Origin: Agrococcus jejuensis
Lineage (GTDB): Bacteria; Actinomycetota; Actinomycetes; Actinomycetales; Microbacteriaceae
Reading direction: 5' to 3'
DNA length: 64,000 nucleotides
Assembly: GCF_007679035.1 (NCBI RefSeq)
Contig: NZ_VEFR01000002.1
Span: forward strand, 349,245-413,244
Shown: one piece after another, positions 19,201 through 28,200 of the stretch
Layout: each line of letters opens with the position of its first letter
Numbering within the stretch: the stretch's first letter is position 1
Notes under the pieces: model-generated
What the model was told of the DNA's origin: nothing
The model's database searches: none
Seen by the model: only the letters and a program-made list of their open reading frames with translations
Made by a program: the position numbers and the translations under genes

Positions 19201-22200
19201 CGATGCGCGGCGCCACGAGGTTGGCGCGGTCGATCGTCCAGGTGCCGACGCCGTCGACCTCGATGCTCGTGACGGGGGCGCCGTCGACGAGCAGGCGCAC
19301 GGATGCGGGGTCGAGCGCGACGTCGGGGTGGCCGGCGGCGTCGTTCGTGAGCACGGCGACCGAGGCTGCGGCGCCCTGGCGGGCGGTGGCGGCATCGTCG
19401 GTCGCGGTGGGCGTGACGGCGACGAGCGTGGCGGTCGCGGTCGACGTCGCGACGGTGCCGTTGGCGTCGGCGACGCGGTAGGCGACGGTCGACGAGCCCG
19501 CGTACGTGGGCAGCGGCGTGAAGACGAGCACGGGCGCGCTCTCGGTGCGGCGGTCGACGGTCCAGGCTCCCTGGCCGTCGATCACGAGCTCGTCGACCGC
19601 AGCCTCGCCGTCGAGCAGCATGAGCGTCGGGCGGGCGAGCGGCACGTCGGCGGCGCCGGCGCGGTCGTTCGCGAGCGCGTCGATCGTGACCGTCGTGCCC
19701 TGGTGGGCCTCGCCGACGTCCGGCGTCGCGACGGGCGTGACGGCACCGATCGTCGGGGTGACGGTCGCGGTCGTTGTCGTGCCGTTGGCGTCGGCGACGC
19801 GATAGGTCACGGGCGCGGCCGTGCCGACGAACGACGGTGCGGGGGTGAACTCGACGCGCGGAGCCGCGGCCGTCGAGGCGTCGATGGCGTACGTGCCACC
19901 GACGACGCGCACGGTCGTCGCCGGTGCGCCGGTGCCGTCGAGCAGCGTGAGCGTCGAGGGCACGAGACGCACGTCGGGGTGGCCGGCGCGGTCGTTGGCG
20001 AGCACGGCGACGGAGGCCGGGGCGCCCTGTCGTGCGGAGGCGACGTCGGGGTTGGCGGTGGGCGTCACGGCGTCGATCGTCGCGGCGACGGCTGCCGTGG
20101 CCCGGGTGCCGTTGGCGTCGGCGATCGAGTAGTCGACGGGCGTGGCCTCGCCGACGAAGCCGGGCAGCGGCGTGAACACGACCCGCGGGGCGGATGCGGT
20201 GGCGCGGTCGATCGTCCAGGTGCCCTGGCCGTCGACGACGAGCTCGGTGACGAGCGCGCTGCCCGCGCCGACGAGGCGCAGGGAGGCGGGGTCGAGGGGC
20301 ACGGCCCGGTCGCCGGCGACGTCGTTGGCGAGCACGGGCAGCGACACGGGCGCGCCCTGGCGTGCCGAGCCCTCGTCGGCGTTGGCGACCGGCGTGACGG
20401 CCGTCAGCGTCGGCGTGAACGTCGCGGTCGTCGCCGTGCCGTTGGCGTCGGCGACGCGGTACGCGACGCCGGTCGCGGTGCCGACGAAGGCGGGCAGCGG
20501 CGTGAAGGCGATGCGGGGGCCGCCGGCGGCGGCGCGGTCGAGCGCGTACGTGCCCTGGTCCGCGACGACGAGCACGTCGACGGCGGTCGTGCCGTCGAGC
20601 AGCGTGATCGAGCCGGGCTCGAGCGCGACGGCGGCGTCGCCGGGCACGTCGTTCGCGAGCGGTGCGACGGCGACGGTCGAGCCCTGTCGGCCGGTCGCGG
20701 CGTCGTCGGCGGCGATGGGCGTCACGGCCGTGAGGGTCGCGGCGTACGTCGCGCTCGTCGTGGTGCCGTTGGCGTCGGCGACGCGGTAGGCCACGGCGTC
20801 GGCGGTGCCGACGTACGTCGTCTCGGGCGTGAAGACGATGCGGGGTCCGCCCTCCCCTCCGCGCTCGATGGCGTAGGTGCCCTGCCCGGGCACGCGCAGC
20901 GAGTCGACGGCAGCCGTGCCGTCGAGCAGCGTGAGCGTGTCGGCGTCGAGCTGCACGTCGGCGTGGCCGGGGATGTCGTTGCGCAGCGGCTCGACGGCGA
21001 CGGCTGCGCCCTGGCGACCCGTGGCGGCGTCGTCGATCGCCACGGGCGTCACGGCCGTGAGGGTCGGCGTCGCGGTCGACGTCGTGCGCGTGCCGTTGGC
21101 GTCGGCGACCGAGTAGGTGACGGACGCGGCGGTGCCGACGAAGGTCGCGTCGGGCGTGAAGACGACGCGCGGCGCGGCGGCGTTCGTCGCGTCGATCGCG
21201 TAGGAGCCTCCGGTGACCGCGACGGTCGTCGCGGGGGCGCCCTGGGCGTCGAGCAGCTGGAGCGTGCCGGGTCGCAGCGCGACGGCGGGGTCGCCGGCGA
21301 GATCGTTGGCGAGCACCGCCATCGAGACCCGCGCACCCTGGCGCGCGGTGCCGGCGTCGGGGTTGGCGACGGGCCGCACGGCCGAGAGGGTCGGGCGGAA
21401 GGTCGCGGTCGTCGTCGTGCCGTTGGCGTCGGCGACGCGGTAGGTCACGACGGTGGCGTTGCCGGTGAAGGTCGACACGGGCGTGAACACGATGCGCGGG
21501 CCGCCCTGGGCGCCGCGGTCGAGCGCGTACGTGCCCTGGCCGGCGACGACGACCTCGTCGACGACGGTCGTGCCGTCGAGCAGCGAGAGGGTCGCGGGGT
21601 CGAGCGGCACGTCGGGGTGGCCGGCGTCGTCGTTGTCCAGCGGAGCGACCGATGCGACGGCGCCCTGGCGCGCGGTGGCGAAGTCGTCGTCGGCGCTCGG
21701 CGTGACGGGGGCGATGGTCGCGGTGATGGTCGTGGTGGCGACCGTGCCGTTCTGGTCGCGCACCTCGTAGTCGATCGAGGCGTCGCCCGTGAATCCGCGC
21801 TCGGGCGCGAAGGTCACGGTGGGCGCGGCGGGGTCGGTGCGATCGACGGTCCAGCGGCCGACGCCGGCGACGACGAGCTCGGCGACGGGCTGACCGTCGT
21901 CGTCGAGCAGCGTGAACGACTCGGGGTCGAGCGGCACGTCGTCGATGCCGGGCGCGTCGTTCTCGAGGGGCGCGACCGTGACCGATGCGCCCTGGCGCGC
22001 TGCGCCGCCGTCGCGGGCGGCGACGGGCTGCACGCCCGAGATCGTGGGCGTGAAGCGCGCGGTCGTCGTGGTGCCGTTGGCGTCGGCGACGCGGTAGCGC
22101 ACGGGATCGGCGGGGCCGACGAACGATGCGAGCGGCGTGAAGACGATCGTGGGCACGCCGGCGACCTGCTCGATGCGGTACGAGCCTGCGGCGACGTCGA

Positions 22201-25200
22201 CGATCGTCGCGGGCTGGTCGTTCGCGTCGAGCAGCTCGAGCGTCTCGGGGTCGAGCGGCACGTCCGGGTGTCCGGCGGCGTCGTTCGCGAGCGGCGCGAC
22301 GGATGCCTCAGCACCCTGACGCGCGGCGGCCTGGTCGTCGGCGGCGACGGGCGTGACCGCCTCGAGCATCGCGGTGGCGCGCGCGGTCGTGACGGTGCCG
22401 TTGGCGTCGGCGACGGCGTAGGTCACGCGCGAGGTCGCACCGCCGAACGACGGCAGCGGGGTGAAGACGAGCACCGGCGCGGCGGCGACGGACCGGTCGA
22501 CGCGCCACGTGCCGCGATCCTGGACCACGAGCTCGTCGACGTCGTTGCCGGCGCCGTCCCGCAGCGTGAGCGTGGACTGCACGAGCGGCACGTCGGGGTG
22601 GCCGGCCTGGTCGTTGGCGACGGCGTCGATGCGCACGGGAAGGCCCTGGCGCTCCGACTGGCGGTCGTTCGTCGCCACGGGCACGACGGACGTGATCGTC
22701 GGCGTGAACGTCGACGAGGTGCGCGTGCCGTTGGCGTCGGCGACCGAGTAGGTCACGGGTGCGGCCTCGCCGGTGAACGATGCGGCAGGCGAGAAGACGA
22801 TGCGCGGCGCGGTCTCGGATGCCTCGATCGCGTAGCGGCCGCCGTCGACGTCGACGGTCGTCGCCGGCTGGCCCGCGGTGTCGAGCAGCACGAGCGTCGA
22901 GGGCACGAGCGGCACGTCGGCGAGGCCCGGGCGATCGTTCGCGAGCGGCGCGACGGATGCGGGCGCACCCTGGCGCGCGGCGGCGACGTCGGGCGTCGCG
23001 GTGGGCGTGACCGCCGTGATGGTCGCGGTCGCGACCGAGGTCGCAGCGGTGCCGTTGGCGTCGAGCACGCGGTAGGCGACCGGCTCGGTGGTGCCGACGA
23101 AGGAGGGCTGCGGCGTGAAGACGAGCACGGGCGCCTCGGCGGTGGTGCGGTCGACGCGCCATGCACCGACGACGGTGACGACCTCGTCGGTCGCCGCTCC
23201 GGCGCCGTCGAGCAGCGCGAGCGTCGCGGGTGCGAGCGGCACGTCGGCGTGGCCGGCGAGGTCGTTCGCGACGGCGTCGATGCGCACCGGGGCGCCCTGG
23301 CGCGCGGAGGCCCAGTCGGCCTGGGCCGTCGGGGTCACGGCGTCGATCGTCGGGGTGACGGTCGCGGTCGTCGTCGTGCCGTTGGCGTCGGCGACGCGGT
23401 ACGTCACGGGGGTCGCCTGCCCCGTGAACGACGGGATGGGCGTGAACTCGACGCGGGGGGCAGCGGCGTCGGCGCGCGTGATGGCGTAGGTGCCCTGGCC
23501 GTCGATCGTCACCGTCGCCGCGGGCTGGCCGTCGGCGCCGAGCAGCTCGAGCGTCGTGGGGCGCAGCGGCACGTCGGGGTGGCCGCTCGCGTCGTTCGCG
23601 AGCACGGCGACGGATGCGGGAGCGCCCTGACGGCCGGCGGCGACGTCGTCGGCGGCGAGCGGCGTGACCGCCGTGATCGTCGCGACGGCGGTCGAGGCGG
23701 CCTGGGTGCCGTTGGCGTCGAGCACCCGGTACGGGGCCGCGGTCGTGAGACCCGAGAAGCCGGGCAGCGGCGCGAAGACGAGCTCGGGGCCGCCGTCGGC
23801 GTCGAGGTCGACCGTCCAGGTGCCCTCGTCGGCGACGACGAGCTCGGTGACGGGCGTCGCGCCCGAGAGCAGGCGCAGCGTGGCGGGCTGGAGCGGCACG
23901 TCGGGGTCGCCGGCCTCGTCGTTGGCGAGCGCGTCGATGCGCACGGTCTCGCCCTGGCGGCCGTCGCCGGCGTCGGGGGCCGCGGTGGGCGTGACGGCCG
24001 TGAGGATGGCGCGGGCGGTGGCGTCGGCGGGCGTGCCGTTGTCGTCGCGCACGCGGTAGTCGACGGCGGCGGTGCCGACGAAGCCGGCGAGCGGCGTGAA
24101 GACGAGGCTCGCGGTGGCGCGGTCGATGGTCCAGGTGCCCTGGCCGTCGACGACGATCTCCGACACCTCGGCGTCGCCGTCGAGCAGCACGAGCGACGCG
24201 TCGTCGAGCGGCACGTCGGCGTCGCCGGGCTCGTCGTTCGCGAGCGCGTCGATCACGACGGTGGCGCCCTGGCGGGCCGTGCCCTCGTCGTCGATGGCGA
24301 CGGGCGTCACGGCGCCGATCGTGGCGATGGCGGTCGAGGTGGCCTGCGTGCCGTTCTCGTCGAGCACGCGGTAGGCGACGGCAGCCGTCGCGCCGGTGAA
24401 GGTCGCGAGGGGCGTGAAGACGAGCACGGGCTCGGCGCCGTCGCGGTCGACCGTCCAGGTGCCCTCGTTCGGCACGACGATCTCGTCGACGGGGGCGCCG
24501 TCGGCGAGCAGCGCGAGGGACGTGGGCCGCAGCGGCACGTCGGCGTCGCCGGCCTCGTCGTTGGCGAGGGCGTCGATCGTCGCGGGCGCGCCCTGTCGGG
24601 CGGAGCCGGCGTCGGGTCGCGCGATCGGCGTGACGGCGCCGATCGTCGGCGTGAATCGGGCGGTGGCGGTCGTGCCGTTGGCGTCGGCGACGCGGTAGGT
24701 CACGGGCGCGGCCTCGCCGGCGAAGGCGGCGTCGGGCGTGAAGACGATGCGCGGCTGCGCGCCGTCGACGATCGCGTACGAGCCGCCGGCGACCGTCACG
24801 GTCTCGGCGGGGGCGCCGTTCGCGTCGAGCAGCTCGAGCGTGTCGGCGACGAGGGGCACGTCGGCGTCGCCTGCGAGGTCGTTGGCGAGCGGTGCGACGG
24901 ATGCGGGCGCGCCCTGGCGCGCGCTGGCGACGTCGTCGACGGCGACGGGCGTCACGGCGCCGATCGTCACGGTGACGACCGCGGTCGTCGTGGTGCCGTT
25001 CGCGTCGGCGACGCGGTAGGTCACGGCGGTCGGCGTGCCCACGTACGAGGCGAGGGGCGTGAACACGACGCGCGGCGCCGACGCCGTGCGGGTGTCGAGC
25101 GCGTATGTGCCCGCGCCGTCGACGCGCACGGAGGTCGCGGGCTGCCCTGCCGCGTCGAGCAGCGTCACGGAGCCGGGTGCGAGCGGCACGTCGGGGTGGC

Positions 25201-28200
25201 CGGCGACGTCGTTGGCGAGCACGGCGACGGATGCGGCAGCACCCTGGCGCGCGCTGGCGACGTCGTCGACGGCGTCGGGCACGACGGCCTCGATCGTGGG
25301 GGTGACGGTCGCGGTCGTGGTGGTGCCGTTGGCGTCGGCGACGCGGTAGGTCACGGCGGTCGCGGTGCCCGCGAAGCTCGGGATCGGCGTGAAGACCACG
25401 CGCGGAGCAGCTGCGTCGGCGCGGGTGATCGCGTACGTGCCCTGGCCGGCGACGACGACCTCGGTCGTCTCGGCGCCCGTGCCGTCGAGCAGGCGCAACG
25501 TGTCGGGGCGCAGCGGCACGGCGGCGTCGCCGGCGGCGTCGTTCGCGAGCACGGCGACGGATGCCGCGGCACCCTGGCGCGCCGACGCCGTGTCGTTCGC
25601 GGCGACGGGCGTCACGGCCGTGATGGTCGGCGTGAAGGTCGAGGTCGCCGTCGTGCCGTTGGCGTCGGCGACGCGGTAGGTCGCGGGCGTCGCGGTGCCG
25701 GTGAAGGCGGGCGCCGGTGCGAAGACGAGCACGGGGCTCGCGGCGACGCTGCGGTCGACGCGGTAGCTGCCCTGACCGGGCACGAGCAGCAGGTCGACGG
25801 CGGCGTCGTTCGCGCCGACGAGCGTGAGCGACGAGCGCACGAGGGCGACGTCGACGTGGCCGCGAGCGTCGTTGGCGACGGCGTCGACCCGGACCTCGGC
25901 GCCCTGGCGCGCGGAGCCCGCGTCGGGGTTGGCGACGGGGGTCACGGCGGCGACGGTGATGCGGATGCTCGCGGTCGCGGTGGTGCCGTTGGCGTCGGCG
26001 ACGCGGTAGGGCACGGGGGTCGCGACGCCCGTGAAGCCGGGCAGCGGCGTGAAGGTCACGATGGCGCGGCCGTTGGCGGCGAACGAGAGCGCGTAGGTGC
26101 CCTGGCCCGAGATGGTGCGCTCGGCGGTCGCCTGGCCCGTGGGCGTGAGCAGCGTCACCGACGAGTCGACGAGCGGCACGGCGGGGTCGCCGGCGGCGTC
26201 GTTGCCGATGGGCACGACGGCGACCGCGCCTCCCTGGCGCGTGGTGGCCGAGTCGTCGGTCGCGGTCGGCGTGACGGGCGTGATCGTGGACGTCACGGTG
26301 GCGTCGGCGGTCGTGCCGTTGGCGTCGGCGATGCGGTAGCGCTGCGCCGTGGCCTCGCCCGTGAACGCAGGCAGGGGCGTGAAGACGATGCGCGGCGCGC
26401 TCGCCGTCGACCGGTCGATCGTCCAGGTCCCCTGGGTCGCGACCGTGATCGTCGTCGCGAGCTGCCCGTTGCCGTCGACGAGGCGCAGCGACGCGGGGTC
26501 GAGCGGCACGCCGGCGTCGCCGGCGGCGTCGTTGGCGAGCACGGCGACGGATGCGGGGGCACCCTGGCGCGCCGACGTCGTGTCGTTCGCCGCGGTCGGC
26601 GTCACGGGCGTGATCGTCGGCGTGATCGTGGAGGTCGCGACGGTGCCGTTCGCGTCGGCGACGCGGTAGGTCGCCGCGTTCGCCTGGCCGGTGAACGCGG
26701 GCAGCGGCGTGAAGCGCACGACGGGCATCGACGGCGTCGAGCGGTCGACGCGGTAGGTGCCCTGGCCCGCGACGACCACCTCGTCGACGGAGGCGCCGTT
26801 CGCGCCGACGAGCGCGAGCGTCGTGGGCTGGAGCGGGCGGCGCGCGTCGCCGGCGGCGTCGTTGCCGAGCGGTGCGACGGCCACGGCGGCCCCCTGGCGC
26901 GCGGTGCCGGCGTCGGGGTTGGCGACGGGCGTCACGGCCGTGAGCGTGGGCGTGTAGGCGGCGGTCGTCGTCGTGCCGTTCGCGTCGGCGACGCGGTACG
27001 AGACGGGCGTCGCGGAGCCGACGAACGTCGGCTCGGGCGTGAAGACGATGCGCGGGCTCGACGGCGTCGAGCGGTCGACCGTGTACGTGCCCTGGCCCGC
27101 GACGACGACCTGGTCGGTCGCCTGGCCGCCCGAGAGCAGCGTGAGCGTGCCCGGGGTGAGCGGCACGGCGGCGTTGCCGGCCTGGTCGTTGGCCAGCGGT
27201 GCGACCGACAGCGCGATGCCCTGCGCGCCGGTGGCGGCGTCGTTCGCGGCGACGGGCGTCACGCGCACGAACGTGGGCGTGAACGTGGTCGTCGCGGCGG
27301 TGCCGTTGGCGTCGGCGACGCGGTACGAGACGGATGCGGGCGTGCCGATGAAGGTGCGGTCGGGCGTGAACGTGATGGTCGTGCCGCTCAGCGCGTAGGT
27401 GCCGCCGGTGACGGCGAGCGAGGTGACGGCCTGGCCGGAGCCGTTCAGCAGCGTGAGGGTCGACGGCGCGAGCGGCACGTTCGGGTTGCCCGGTGCGTCG
27501 TTGGCGAGCGGCTGCGTCGACTGCGCGACGCCCTGCGGACCCGTGGTGGTGTCCGGCTGCAGCGCGGGGTTCACCGCCGTGACGGTCACGGCGAGCGTCG
27601 TGCGGCGGTGGTTGCCCTGTCCGTCCTCGACGTCGTAGGTGACGGGCGTCGCGGCGCCGCGGAAGGCGGCGAGGGGCGTGAAGACGACCTGGCCGTTCTG
27701 CACGGCGTACGTGCCCTGGCCCGAGACCGTGATGGAGCTGGCGAGCTGACCGGTCGAGGGGTCGACGAGGCGCAGCGTCGCGGGCACGACGTCGGTCGCG
27801 TCGTTCGCGAGCACGGCCACGGTCTGCGCGAGGCCCTGCGCGCCGGTCGACGCGTCGGGGCTCACGCCCGTCTGCACCGTCGCGGTCCACGTCGCGGTCG
27901 TCGTCGTGCCGTTGGCGTCGGCGACGCGGTACGGTGCCGCGGTGGCCACGCCCGTGAAGCCGGGCAGCGGCTGGAAGGTCAGCTGGCCGTCGACGACGCG
28001 CCAGGTGCCCTGGGATCCGACGGTGAGCGCGGTGACGGCGGTGGTGCCCGAGAGCAGCGTGAGCGTGGAGCGCACGAGCGGCACGGCGGCGTTGCCGGCC
28101 TGGTCGTTCGCGAGCGGGTCGATGCGCTGCAGCGCACCCTGCGCGCCCTGCGACACGTCGTTCGCGGCGGTGGGCGTCACGGCGGTCGTCGTCGCCGTGT